A stretch of 64,000 nucleotides of DNA from Octopus vulgaris. Taxonomy: Eukaryota. The stretch covers positions 219,046,001 to 219,110,000 of the forward strand of contig OX597814.1 of the NCBI GenBank assembly GCA_951406725.2, given 5' to 3'. Both the position numbers and the translations under genes were made by a program. Of the stretch, positions 1 to 13,642 are shown in pieces. The notes under the pieces were generated by a model. It was given only the letters and a program-made list of their open reading frames with translations. It had not been told where the DNA came from and made no database searches. The first letter of the stretch is position 1, and the number at the start of each line of letters is the position of its first letter.

Positions 1-46
1 TGCCTTTAAGTCACAATATCCGGGCAACGCCGGGATGCATTACTAG
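1..46 (+). mobile_element. 3' end of a non-autonomous Helitron
   Basis: CCGGGCAACGCCGGG hairpin followed by CTAG|T, as in the other copies in this window. Confidence 0.7.
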
Positions 47-339
47 TTAATATATAAATTATGGTTTAATATGAACAATGTAAATATGTCCCCATTTAAA
101 CACAGGGTAAATTAACGCTTTTTGGCTCCATGAAAATGAAAACATCTATCTTGTCAGAAGCTAAAGGTTTTCAGACAAACTTCACAACTGGTGTTGGCTT
201 TTTTTATGTCTCCGTAACTTAGCGGTTCGGCAAAAGACACTGATAGAGTAAGTATCAAGCTTTAAAACTAAGTACTAGGGTCGATTTGTTCAACTAAATC
301 CCTTCAAAGTGGTGCCCAAGTATGGCTGGTATGATGTTC

Positions 340-1740
340 TTGTCTGCTAGTTTGATTCCGAATAATATCTGTCAGCTGCTCGACCATCCCATAGACACAA
401 GAAACAACAGTATTTTCTGAAGCTTCACTGCATTCCCATTAATATTCCAATGACTTTTAAATCTCCACATATTTTCCATGAGTATCTTTCATAGGCAATG
501 GCATGAAGTATAAGTTCCATATTCTTATATGATACATGAAGATGAACGGAGTGTGCAATAGGAACGGAGGGCTTCAAATTACCATTATGGAGAAGTACAG
601 CTTTTAAACTTCGTTTCGAAGTGTCAATAAACAAACGCCACTCTGTAGGATCATGATTTTGTGATAAACATTTGAAAAGTCCATCGATGTTTCTGTAAAA
701 GAAAAACACGTTTGTAGAACCACATTTCTCTGCCAAAAATAAGTTATATGGGCACCGAGCTCTAGCAGATACTCCTCCTTCAGTCTTGATGCCAACAGTT
801 CTGTTTTATCTTTTGAGAGGGATAGGTCTCTGACAAGGTCATTCAGTTCAGCTCGGGAAAATTTCTGAGGTTCAAAGCAATTGTGACAGTCAGTATCATC
901 GTCTGATGTTTGAATACCATCATTTGGTGGAACTGAAATTGACAGACTTCCATTGTAAGGCACAGGTCTCATTGTAGAATCCAATTTGGGATACACAATT
1001 TTGTGCTTATTCTTCATAGAAATTCTGTGACACTTACTTCGAAAAAATAAAATGGTCTTTCGGCTCCCTCCATATCATTGGAATGGCAAAAGACATGGAC
1101 TTCTTATTATTGTTGAACCAGTCACGTAAGCCATTTGAGCAAGCTGAGCAGATAAAATGTAGTGCCCATAACTTGTCCTGATCTCCAAGAGGACAGCCAA
1201 AGTGCAGCTTATAAATCTTCTTGATCTCTGGTGTCATTGTACATTTTGGAGCTTTCACAATAAATTGACCTCAGACATAACAAACACATCAAGACGATTT
1301 CTACACTGTCTTGACATCGTTAACACTGTAAAACAAGTAAGGAAATAGGTACAAACGGTTATACTTATATTGAATTTGAAATGATAAAATATTTCATCAG
1401 ACCAATTTTGACTGGACAATTTGAGATGTTTGAAATACCTATTTCATTAGGCAAAACTTGATTGGTTAATTTAAGATGATGGAATATTGCATCTGAACTA
1501 TGCAGCAATGAATAATGTAGCGTATTTTAAAGGTATGTTTCCATGATGTAAATGAAATACATGCATACACGTCATTAATTGGAATTTCTATATAATGCAT
1601 GAGCTAAAACCAAAAAACTTTCTCATCTTGAAAACTGTACGTGATGTCAAAAACACTAATTGTATATTTGAAATCAGCATTAAAAACTACACTGGGTACA
1701 CCTTGGCATATACTTGATGAAAATTACTTGTTCACCAGTG
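340..1740 (-). mobile_element. Degenerate, 3'-truncated Chapaev3-type (CMC) DNA transposon
   Basis: Frameshifted transposase pieces (HFGCPLGDQDKLWALHFICSAC zinc finger; LNDLVRDLSLSK; WRLFIDTSKRSLKAVLLHNGN; WKICGDLKV); terminus CACTGGTGAAC at 1740 next to TAA (TWA-type site). Confidence 0.75.
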
Positions 1741-2296
1741 TTAATAGGCGGGTTAAACAACTAAAAAAAAAACTGAAGTTAAATTTTCCTTAGGTGTGCC
1801 ATTCAATTCGCCCATGACTGACGTAGAGACTTTCTGGTAGGTTGGTTGGCTGGCTGGCTGGTTGATTAGCATAACTGTATAGCCTTCCTTGTTTGGATTG
1901 AAAAACTTGTCTCCATGCTATTTATACTAGTGGCGAAGTCGACGACACGAAAGATATAACTCATATCTAAAAACAAAGGTAAGAGAGATTTGGTGTGACA
2001 AATTACAGAAGGATGATAGTTTTTATTGAGGCAAGTTTGCAGATCCTGTCGTTTCCACAGGAGAATTGATATATAACGGAGCCCATGCAACCAATGTCAA
2101 TCCAAGCTGAATTATCAAAACGATGAATGAACAACTGACAGAATTTGTAATGTTTCTTGCTTTTATCCATTGGACCACTAGACGAAATTTCTTTGCTTTT
2201 CTCCTCTTGATAATTTGCATATTAGGAAAGAGACTAAACGGTTTGGCAAGAATGTGAATGGTAGTTGTCATAAACTGTTTCATACGATGCCTTCTT

Positions 2297-2693
2297 ACTC
2301 TTTTACTTGTTTCAGTCATTTGACTGCGGCCATGCTGGAGCACCACCTTTAGTCGAGCAAATTGACCCCAGGACTTATTCTTTGTAAGCCTACTACTTAT
2401 TCTATCGGTCTCTTTTTGCCGAACTGCTAAGTTACGGGGACGTAAACACACCAGCATCGGTTGTCAAGCGATGTTGGGGGGACAAACACAGACACACAAA
2501 CACACACACACATACACACATATATATATATGTACATATATACGACAGGCTTCTTTCAGTTTCCGTCTACCAAATCCACTCACAAGGCTTTGGTTGGCTC
2601 AAGGCTATACTAGAAGACACTTGCCCAAAGTGTCACACAGTGGGACTGAACCCGGAACCATGTGGTTGGTAAGCAAGCTACTTACCACACAGC
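2297..2693 (-). mobile_element. tRNA-derived SINE, family A
   Basis: A/B-box head (tggtaag...ggttcagtccc), internal (CA)/(TA) tract, gtaaaagagt tail; many copies in the window. Confidence 0.85.
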
Positions 2694-3193
2694 TATTCAT
2701 GTGCCTATATCAACTATTTACAAACAGTAAATTATTTTTTTAACATGAAGCCTGCCCACTTCCTAACATTGAAAATCTTGTGTGTTCTATTTCTCTCAAA
2801 AATCTCAGCAAACCAGATTTCAAAGCTGGACACTCCCAGATTTTCACAATGACAAAAGATACAATATATTGCAAGGTGACTGACGCTTATTCTAGTTTAC
2901 AAAGGTAACCTTTAATGTGAAAAATCTGATGGTATGGCGAGACATGAGGTAACTTCTTAATAAACATCAAGGTAATTATATTTGGTACTTAGTTACAAAT
3001 CTAAAATATCCATTGAGTTGTGAAGTGAGGTAAAAATCCCATAGCTGTATGAATGCTGTTTTCTGATCGACATTAATTCAGCAGCATTTTGTCATCTGGA
3101 TGAACAACTGACGTGTTTACAAACATGAGAACATACTTTCCAAAGTGAATGTAATAACTTATTTAATTTCTCCTCTTGTTACAATGGCTTGTA

Positions 3194-3725
3194 CAGGATC
3201 AGGCAAAATGATCTGACACATTTGTAGGTTAAATAAAAGGCAAATGAAGTAAAGAAACAAAAAAGTGTTTTTATTTTTGAAAAGTATATATAATGCCATT
3301 TTGTTTCATTATGTTTTAAAAATGAAATCAGTCAAATGGGATCCATTATTGTCCACACACTGTCGAAGGCGTTCACGAAAGTTGTCAATAACTCGGCGGG
3401 TCATTTCATGTGGAATGGCAGTAATTTCTTGACGAATTGCATCTTTAAGTTGTTCGATCTATTGAACAACTTAAAGATGCAATTCGTCAAGAAATTACTG
3501 CCATTCCACATGAAATGACCCGCCGAGTTATTGACAACTTTCGTGAACGCCTTCGACAGTGTGTGGACAATAATGGATCCCATTTGACTGATTTACTTTT
3601 TAAAACATAATGAAACAAAATGGCATTATATATACTTTTCAAAAATAAAAACACTTTTTTGTTTCTTTACTTCATTTGCCTTTTATTTAACCTACAAATG
3701 TGTCAGATCATTTTGCCTGACCTTG
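3194..3725. mobile_element. Palindromic Tc1/mariner-derived fold-back MITE
   Basis: 532-bp near-perfect inverted repeat centred at 3459/3460, TA on both flanks; each arm encodes a transposase-like C-terminus. Confidence 0.9.
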
Positions 3726-5386
3726 TATAATTACAGACACTTATTTCAACAATGCAATGAAGTTGACAAAGCTATCAAAGAGCACAATTCATTTTATTTT
3801 CTAAGAGTCTCGACATTATATTGAACAGCGGTAAAATTTTTTGTATGCCAAATGTTCATTACAATACAAAATATAATTAGTTCTCTGCAGCCTGAGCTAG
3901 AAAGGTTGATTACCCAAGGCTTAGCAATCTCAGGAAAGAATTTAAGATCAAAGATTATTTATGATAAAAGTGACAAAACGTTTTAAATTGTTCTATCTGC
4001 AATTTTGTGCTTAAATATGACAGGAGTAGCTCTTTGATGTTTACCGATTACTCATCACAGCCGCCATAGGATTCTATTGGCTGAAATATATACCTATAGG
4101 CATCTACTTGTCTGAATAGGCTGTTAGCACTGTAGCTATTTTATTTCCAAATATGGTATTGTTGGCCAATACAGCAACTTATTTATGCAGATGTGTTGTC
4201 AAGTTTAAGATGAACAACAACATTTTCTATTGGTGCATACAGTTATATCTCTTCACGTTCAGTTCACACCCAGCAAAGCTGCTGATATTCTTACCAGATG
4301 CCTCTCTATAACATCCGGAATCACAGACTTTTGTCATTTCAGTTATGGCATTGTCAAATTCAAGAACTTACTATTTTCTTTGGAAGGTGTTTAACGAAAA
4401 TGTCTTGAATGCATTGTATTTAAACTGAAGCCTCAATTCTACAATCTTTCTCATGCCAAACTTACCAAATTCACTCATCCATTTGAGCATCTCACTCACA
4501 ACTTCAAATGTCCTCTCCCATTGTGTAACCTTTACTTCTACTTGATTAGTGCCAAGATACCAACTTATCTCTCAAAATGTTTGTGTTTTATTGGACAACA
4601 ACAAAATTGTTCAAACCAGAGCAATTCCATAATCATCACAGTGGAAACAATTAAATAGAACATTTAAACAGAATTCCATGAAGAACAATGGCACTTGGTC
4701 TTTGTTTAAGAAAATTGCCAGAAAACAATGGAATTATTTTTTAGGAGATTCACGCCCTGCGATTAGATTCCTCCTTTTTATTGCAAATGAACTTGAGCCT
4801 CATGAAAGACAAATTAACTTGGTTCCAGCATCGCTTGTCAAACAAATAATCTTTTCTGAGACAGCTTTCTAAATCTGAAGATATTTTGCTTAGACAGTAA
4901 ATATCAGCCAAAATAATCGATCATGTTACACTGATTGGTGCTACTCATCACTGTTTGTTTGAAATATTCAGATGTTCAAATTGTCAGCCTCGACTGAAAA
5001 TACGGATCCATTGAGAAGACTGAGTTCTATAAGAAATCGGTCAAAGTTTGGTTCGTGAAAAGAATTCCATTGATGGTTATCACGATATCACTTATTGGAT
5101 GAGTCCAACTCAAACAAGCTCTGAGTCCACTGACAGAGATGTTCCATTGAAGTTTGCCGCAGTGACATGCTGAGAACTCAGGCTCAGTGAACATGCTCAT
5201 GGAAACGGTTAAGCATGATCCAATTATTCGAAAGAAAATCACGACCATACCATTTGAATTTCCTTGTCATTCAACAAGGATTTGGAACATACTGGAAACA
5301 TTAAATCTTTAAAACAGTGATGTTATGGAATATTTCTTTGGTTGGAGGTTGGCAGCCGTCCATTCACAAGAGAAGCAGATATGTTT

Positions 5387-5845
5387 ATCATCATCATCAT
5401 TGTTCAACCGTGGTCGAGACACTGGAATTTACCATGCTATGCCAGACTTCACAGTCCATCATGGCATTACGGAGGTCCTGTTGCTGGATGCCTGTATCCC
5501 TGGAGATTACATCAGGGTAGGAGAGTGTGCGCCCTCTGGTATTGCGAGTAGATGGCTTCCAGAGGAGAAGAGTAGAAATTACCTCTTTTTCAGCTCTACA
5601 ACGATGTCCAGCAAACTGGACTCTCTTACCTTTCACAAGAGATGACACAGGTGGTAGTTTCCCATATATTTGCATTTTGGTTGGATGGCACTTCCACGAG
5701 AGATTTTGAGCTCTCATAAGGAGGCGAGTGTAGGTTCCATCCAACCGCCTCTCAAGCTTCTTTGATAACATACAGGTTTCTGAGCCATATAGTAGAATTG
5801 GTTCGACTGTGGCTTTGAAGATTTCAAGTTTGAAGTCTCTGCTTC
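5387..5845 (-). mobile_element. RTE-clade LINE 3' fragment
   Basis: KATVEPILLYGSET...RVQFAGH...LLLWKP; (GAT)n tail. Confidence 0.85.
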
Positions 5846-6012
5846 GATTGATAAAGTTGAATATTTCAGCTAGATGAAACGATTTGATTTTTGTTAAGAG
5901 TTTTTCGTCACAATGCAAAGGAACAACAATTATTGCAGGGAAGTAATTTACGTGACTGCTCCACCTCAACCACATCCACTGTAACATCATACCTATTTGC
6001 AGGTGGATTGAA

Positions 6013-6134
6013 AAGGCTTTGGTTGGCTCAAGGCTATACTAGAAGACACTTGCCCAAAGTGTCACACAGTGGGACTGAACCCGGAACCATGTGGTTGGTT
6101 AGCAAGCTACTTACCACACAGCCACTCCTGCACC
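6013..6134 (-). mobile_element. SINE A head fragment
   Basis: Near-identical to 2585-2693. Confidence 0.8.
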
Positions 6135-6651
6135 TATAATATATATATTTTTGTCCATCAAATAAAACAATATTTACTTTCCATTTTATATTTCTCTGTA
6201 TTTTCTGCTTAATTACCAATTCAATTTTCATCGAGGGATTGTAACATTAATTACGTTAATTACGTAGAATATAAGCACATTTAATTCAAGAAAACCTTGG
6301 GTAGGATGAAAGTGATCTGTTGGTTGAACCTTGATCATTAGTCCTCTCTTATCAGTTGTTAATTAGATAAATGAAATTAATTATGCTTAGAGCAATGATT
6401 ATAAGTCAAGTAATGACACTAGATTATGTAATTGAGAAAATAAAACAGAAAAAAATGTCAATCATCCAGAATCCGCATGCTTTCTCTGTGACCATAAAAT
6501 GGTCACCAAGAAAGTGAAAGAATTAATAATTGGTCATAAAACAAAACAAGAAGGTCTCTTATTTTCGTTGATGTAATCTTTTTCAGTGAAATAATGCCAA
6601 GGAATCATAAGCCAAAAAACATGCCAGCAGTTCAGAGGAAATTGCTTAGAA

Positions 6652-8160
6652 CAGTGGTTCTTAACCTTTTTACTACCGCACCTCCCTTAGGAATTTGTCC
6701 TTCTCTCCTTGCATCCATGAATAATATTCCCTCCCAGCTTTTAACCCTTTTGTTACTGTATTTATTTTGAGATGTTCTGTGTTTCTTTCAATTAATTTTA
6801 AATACAACAGAAAATTTAGTAAAATGACCATCAAGCTGGTTTTAGGAAGATAAATTGTGACTAAGGTTTGGTGGAAGATTTTAATTCAAAACTTATGAAA
6901 ACAAGCCATTTGTACTACAGAGCCAGAGGCAGTTTCAGCCGGGTTGGTATCAAAAGGGTTAAATAAAACATTGAACATTATACAAAATATGTATAATTTT
7001 ATATATAATCACATTACACAAAATGTGAGATACTTGACACTGCTTCTTAGCTACAAGATCTTGAATGCGAGGTTGAATGCCAGGGAGTGCACAACGTAAG
7101 TCCCTTTCAACGGTCATCCTGTTTCTGTACTTGGTCTTGACAACACAAGCATGGAAAATGCAGCTTCACAAAGATACGCGGATCCAAACATAGCTAAAAT
7201 CCAGAGCTTGATGCGAGATCATAGGGTAAACAGGAAGGTACTTGAACCAGAACGTTTCAAGATTCAGTTCTTTGAAGTCTTCCTTAGCTGGGGAAACTTC
7301 TGTTGCACTTCATTCAAAACATTAGTTACTTCACACTGAAATGGGTTCCTGATGAATTTCCAAGCTTCACGCTTTTTATCTATATCTGTGAAGTATCTGA
7401 TGAATTCTGTTTTCAAGACAGTTAGATGAGTGGTTATTTATTTCTTGAACTCAGAATCAAGATTACCATAAATGAGAGCAGAATCCAAGTAACAAAAACT
7501 GGCTGTGTTTCCCTGCTGAATTCGACATTTCTAGAGGTTGAGTTTGGCCATGAAGGTTCGAATGGTGTTGTGGTGCGTGAGAATGTTGATGTTTTTTCTT
7601 GTAGTTTAAGGTCGAGAGCATTCAACGCTTCATCACAATGGATGGCAAAATCAGGAGAATATCTTACTTGGTCAAGAATTTGATCATTGATATCTTGAGA
7701 CAAGTTGTCGATCCTTCCCTTGACTGTATCGTTTGATAGTGAAATCTGGGAAAGCTTGTTTGCACTATCTTTCCCCAGAACGAGTTCTGCTGCATGGAGT
7801 AGACTTGGTTTTATGAGAGACTCTCCAATGTTGTGGCTCTTCTTGCTCTTTGCCATCAACATGCGATCTCATAGGAAGCCTCAACAGCCATTGAAGTTTG
7901 TTGCTGAAATGCCACACTACTGTTCAAATTAGCTTGCTTCAAGGAATAGCTTTTTGTTTCAAAGAATACTTTGGACTTGTCTGCAAGAGCAAGATGTGTT
8001 GTCCTTAAGTGCCGTTCCAAGCATGAGGGTCGTATTCCATCATTGCTCAAAGTTTTGTAACATATCACTCACTTGGAGACTTCTGTATCACACTTTTTGA
8101 GGGTCACGAATCCAAATCAAATTTATTCATCAAGATACTTCCGTTTCTTTGCACCCATTG
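6652..8160 (-). mobile_element. Internally deleted hAT (Buster/Charlie, ZBED8/SCAND3-like) transposon
   Basis: TIR CAGTGGTTCTTAACC at 6652; BED finger CYKTLSNDGIRPSCLERHLRTTH; KKSHNIGESLIKP and SLSNDTVKGRI motifs. Confidence 0.85.
6745..6958. mobile_element. piggyBac-type MITE nested in the hAT element
   Basis: TTAA|CCCTTTTG...CAAAAGGG|TTAA. Confidence 0.8.
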
Positions 8161-8304
8161 CGAATTATTTGATGTGCAGTGGACAACACAAATATGTGAA
8201 CAAAAGATAAGGCACGTGTGAGGTAATGTTAAGGTCCAAGTTAGAACGCTAGCCCCAGTTAGAACACTTAGAGTAAAATGTTCTGAAAAAGATTGTAATA
8301 ATAA

Positions 8305-8791
8305 CGAGCAGTATTGCCCGGCATTGCTCGGGTTTGTAAGGGAAATAACTATATAAGCATTTTTAGAGAGTTACTTCCCTTATAGATGCCAATTCGGGCT
8401 TTCTTAGCCATTTCTGTTTTGGTGTCTTCAAGCCATGAAGTCGTTGTTCTAAAAGAACGCTGGTCTCCTTGACAACGCTTTACGACGTTGATTTCCTTAC
8501 ACTCCCTTCCCCACAGCTTCACGAGGGAGGGAAGAAGAGGGAGAAGCAAACACAGGTGCAGGTGTTTGAGCGTGGACGCCAACTCCGCCGCCATCGATAC
8601 ACGAAAAATTATGCATTAAAATGGAATAAAAAATGATGTTAAATTATTTTTAATACTCAGACGGGCTCGATATGAATCACGACTATAAGCTACCCGAATT
8701 TGGTTAAACTGCACCGCAAAATGTGGGAGTAGTTAGGAATCTAAATCGAAGGGGACAGACACTCACACAACTACAGTTTTATATATATAGA
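8305..8791 (-). mobile_element. Non-autonomous Helitron
   Basis: 5' TC, 3' hairpin plus degenerate CTAG; homologous to 28620-28987 with extra internal sequence. Confidence 0.8.
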
Positions 8792-9676
8792 TATTTGGAA
8801 TAAAAGTTAAATTAAAAGAAAAGTTATAGGAAAAATTTGTACAATAAAATATTGTGTTTATTCATATGAAAATATAAAAAAAGTTTCTTTAAAAAAGAAA
8901 AGATTTTGCATAGCTTTTAGTTTTACCTAGTACTTTCTGTAATAATCAAATCTGAATTTTAGTTTAACATTTGGCTTTATATTATTTTTTTTTCTTATAA
9001 AAAATTTACTATCAGTCAATGAGCTGATAGTGACAGCATCCAAAGTTGGTAGATAGGATCATAGAAACCACTTCACCAAATCGTTTATAGCCATGTTTAA
9101 CCAGATATACTAGGACCATTTCATTCATTACAAAGTTAGATGATACTTGACGACCAAACCTTGACACTCCAGGGCAGGCTCTCACAACAGAACAGCATCA
9201 GAAGCAACAGGGACCATAAAACAGAGGAAGTAGTTCTTTCCATGGCTGTAGAAGGATCTGAGTTTGTAGCTAAGAATGCAGCTACACTCACCCAATTCCC
9301 ATAGTTTTAAAGGAAATTATAGCACTGGTATCATTGGGAATTTAGTAATCCTAGTGATCACTGTGTCAGCCCTTGTTCATATGCTACAGACATATCCTTG
9401 TCCAAATAAGGGAAGCAGTCCCGAAATTAGTGGGAACAACTCTATCCAAAGTTGTTTCAAATAATGCCTATTTTATGCAAATCATAAGTTCCGCACACCA
9501 AATCAGAACTGTTCATCTTAGCGAACACTCGAAAGCTTGTCTATCTCAGGCTGTCAACCATATCTCCATAACTACTTATGGCAAAAAGCCCCTTACATTC
9601 AACCTTGGACTCTGGTGGGTCTTCAGAGGGGTCTTAAATTCAACACTAGAGTTGATTTCTTTCGTCACCTCAGTCT

Positions 9677-9885
9677 CATCATCATCATCATCATCGTTTA
9701 ACGTCCGCTTTCCATGCTAGCATGGGTTGGACGGTTCTACTGGGGTCTGTGAAGCCCGAAGGCTGCACCAGGCCAGTCAGATCTGGCAGTGTTTCTACAG
9801 CTGGATGCCCTTCCTAACGCCAACCACTCCGTGAGTGTAGTGGGTGCTTTTTATGTGCCACCGACACAGGTGCCAGATGAGGCCA
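9677..9885 (-). mobile_element. SINE-like retroposon, family D (RTE-type, (GAT)n tail)
   Basis: ggttggcgttaggaagggcatccagctgtagaaac core with ggacgttaaacgatgatgat tail. Confidence 0.75.
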
Positions 9886-10039
9886 GTCTGTTAATGGATA
9901 TTAAGTATCATCACTATTTACTCAGCTACCAATTTTACTGTAAAAGGGGTTAACTCACATAACACTTCTGCTAGTCTAGGTATAACACACTTCTTCACAA
10001 TCGCTCAGATATTGCATGTCCAGCGTACAGCAGCAGCAA

Positions 10040-10790
10040 AGTATTTAACATGGCAAAATACCAAGATTACCAGTGTCAGCTAAACCATATCATCTTGTTC
10101 CAGATTGGATGAAGACTGCCAAGTCAGAATTTGATCATATGCTTAAACCAGGAATAAAACCTTCCAAGAGGGATTTATTACCATTATTATTATATTTAGT
10201 TAAAAAGCTGCCAGCTGACTACCATCCTAGTAATGATCGTTGTACACTGAACACTAGCACCTTCCATATTATTATGATATTCCATTTGCAGGATTTTTCT
10301 TCCTCCACAAATGGCGCGTTTTCTTGAAGATAAGGCTATCAAGGCACACAACCAGGTCTCAGTGGAATCAGATGATATCCACAAGAAAGTAATCAAACAG
10401 CCTTTTGGCCTCTAGGAATTTGTGTGGATGCTCTCTGCAATGCTGCCCAGACATTTCAAAGACTGGTTGATTATGCCACCTGAGGTTGCTTTTTATCTAT
10501 GCATACCTCAATAATCTATTTGTCTCTACAGCAAAGGATATACAAAAAATGCCTGTTTATTCCTCAAGCGATTAACCATGCAGGGCATAGTCATATATCT
10601 CAGTAAGTGCCTTTTTAGTGCATCATCTTTGTCCTTCTTTGACTAAATGGTCAACAAAGACAGAATCTGTCTACTGGTAGAATGCTGTCTTAATGACATA
10701 TATACAAGATTCTCCTACACCCATGTCACTGCATAAATTGAGGGAATTACTCAGCTTTGTCAGTGTGTTACAGATCTTTCGAGATGAGGA
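10040..10790 (+). pseudogene. Heavily decayed Gypsy/Ty3 reverse transcriptase
   Basis: AKSEFDHMLKPGIKPS...LYLVKK...LN pattern followed by frameshifted RT remnants. Confidence 0.55.
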
Positions 10791-12250
10791 AGATAAGATG
10801 TTGAGGTGTTAATACTTTATGCAGGGACATCAACACTGTAAGTAAAGTAAAATTACTTTGTCTGCTTTTCCTGCAGGCTTAGATTGTCAAAGTCTAAGCC
10901 AGTTGTTATTTGGAAGTTACTACCCTCCTAAATGGATCCAAGGACCACATCTCACTCATGTTCAATTTTTTGTATGGTTTCAAAGGCTACATGCTTTTCC
11001 TTTCAACCAACCACTTTACAGAGTGTACTAGAAGCATTTTATCACAGAACCACAGCCTGACAGGTTTTGTCAGGTCTTTGACGAGACTAAAGAATCTTTC
11101 AGCTGACAATTCATTTGGAATTTACTTTTGACTTTTACCAACTTTATCACCACTAGATTAGTAATATTGCTCTGTAAGGACATTTTAAAAACATTACGGA
11201 TTGTCTTAAAAATGGATGAACATCACGCTGTCTATAAACTGAGTCATTATAACATCATGCAATGACTATGTCACTTACATCTGTGGTGTAATAAGGAAGT
11301 TTAAAAAGAAATAAACACGTTTAAATATGAATCTAAAGCCTAATGGTAACAGACTATTTATAATTTAGTGTGAAGTCCCAAACATTATACAACTCTGTGG
11401 TTCATTCATCTGTGAGGTTAAGCACAACTTTTTTTTATGGATGAAAGATTAAAAGGGTCATTCAGGTAAGAATGTTGTTTTAGCATATAAATTTACAATA
11501 TGACAAAATTCTCTCACCTGTTCGGCATGGACAAAATATTAACAACAGTACATTTTAACACATTTCTGTAAGACTAAAGAAAGTGTCTTCAGTTTCCATT
11601 TCTTCTGTTAAACACTCAAATGTGAAGTAAAATAATGTCTCTCAACAAAGCATAAGTAATACATCTTTCAGAACATACAATAAATAACTTGAGTAAATGT
11701 TGAATCCTTAATCATATAACTCAGTGTTGCAACTGCTGTATTTCGGGACATAAACTAAGAATCTATACTCAAGCTATATGCACATCATCATCTAAGTATT
11801 ATTCTATTAAATTAGCATCTTTTTACACAAGATGCTCTACATCCACTGCTATATATCACAACTCTTTGAGCCTAGTGAAGCATTTTCCTCCTGGTTAAAG
11901 AGGAGCCTGGAGTTAGCATTCATCTTCATGTTCTTCCTTTTCAGTTTCCATTGAAACAGAATATGTGGGGGTATCTGTTGAGCATAATGTATCTGGGTAT
12001 ATCAGGAATGAGATACCCGGCATTAAATCTCTAACAGATATTCTCCAGTCTCTGGCCCAGGGGCTTGCTGTCTCCTCTCCCTCTTTTTTTCTGTTGCTAC
12101 TTTAATGTCTGGTGTTCTTTGGAGCTGGCTGGGCTCATACTTCCTCCACTCAAGCACTCCCTGATCCACCCCTCATCACCCTAACAACCATGCTCAGTCC
12201 TTTCTCCAGAATTTCAGAGCTCTAGAATCTTCTCCCAGTAATAACCCTCC

Positions 12251-12975
12251 TATAATAATAATAAAACATTGTGTACAGTGCTCAGGTGCACTACAACTCA
12301 TCTAAAGTGTATGTATAGTACATAGGGTAATGTACAAGCGTCAGGAAAAGAACAGTGCAAGAGTCATGATATACACACATGTGTATGAGTATGGAAGGGG
12401 AACAATCAGGTGTAGTTCCAGTGGATTTCAGAAAGCATGAGGGCCTTAAAGGATGCAGTGTGATGGCAGTCAACAACTGACGCAGGCAGTTTGTTCCATG
12501 CTTCAGCAACTCTGAGCGTGAAAAAATGTTTCCGAAAGTCATGGGAGCTGTGCTGTTTTCTGACTTTGTAGGCATGTCCACGTGTGTTAGACACATGGAG
12601 ATCAAAAAGGTGTTCAGTGTTGTTGTTGGTGAGGTGGTTGATAACTTTGTGGGTGTTTACCAAGTCCATTGCCAGACGCCAGAGCTTCAGTGAATCCATG
12701 CCCAGGGAAACAAGGCGCTCAGAGTATGGTAGGTGTCTGATGGAGGGTATGTGTTTGGTTGCACGTCTCTGAACAGATTCCAGGAGGTCAATGTTCTGAG
12801 AAAGATAGGGGTTCCAAACTGATGATGCGAATTCCAAGTGTGGTCGTACCATAGTTGTATACAGCTTTAAATAGATGGCTGGAGAGCGGCTAACAAAAGT
12901 CTTGCTGAGTGATGCCAAGACACCCTCGGCCTTCTTGACAATTTTAGAGATATGCTTTGTCCAACTCCTGCAGGA
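12251..12975 (-). mobile_element. CR1/L2-clade LINE 3' fragment
   Basis: LKLYTTMVRPHLEFASSVWNP...LESVQRRATK...NTRGH...FFTLRVAEAWNKLP; (TTA)n tail. Confidence 0.92.
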
Positions 12976-13409
12976 GTTGACTGGCAACTGTCTAAACAGA
13001 GCTTCAATGGCATCAAGCTCAATGGTCTCAGGAGCCCTGCAAGATTTATGGTCAGAGTGCTTTCCTCCAGACTAAAAATACATAAACATGGCTGACTTAT
13101 TTGAACTTGAGCTGAAAGTTTATACTGGATGTTAATGTCTTACTTTCTGAGCTATCAAAAGCAACATGCACGAGTAGTCAAAAATTTTGATATGTCTCTT
13201 GTATTCTATCCAAATTTATATTCCACATATGCTCACTGTAAGCATTAATTATAGTCTTTTGGATCAGATCATGGTTGTGTAATGATACAGTCTACAAATG
13301 CTAAGATGGCTTTAGCCATTCACAAAATAGCTTGTCATAAAGTAATGTAATCTTGCTTATAAAAGTAAAGTAGTAAACAAGGAACTTTAACTGATTATTG
13401 AGAGTTATA

Positions 13410-13642
13410 TATTTCTTTACTACCCACAAGGGGCTAAACACAGAGGAGACAAACAAGGACAGAAAAACGGATTAAGTCGATTATATCGACCCCAGTGCGT
13501 AACTGGTACTTATTTAATCAACCCCGAAAGGATGAAAGGCAAAGTCGACCTCGGTGGAATTTAAACTCAGAACGCAAAGACTGATGAAACACTACTAAGC
13601 ATTTCATCCGGCGTACTAATGATTCTGACAGCTCACCGCCTT
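13410..13642 (-). mobile_element. tRNA-derived SINE, family B (Meta-domain-like core)
   Basis: ggcggtgagctg head, gagtt.aaattc B box, gcctttcatcctttcggggt core. Confidence 0.8.
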
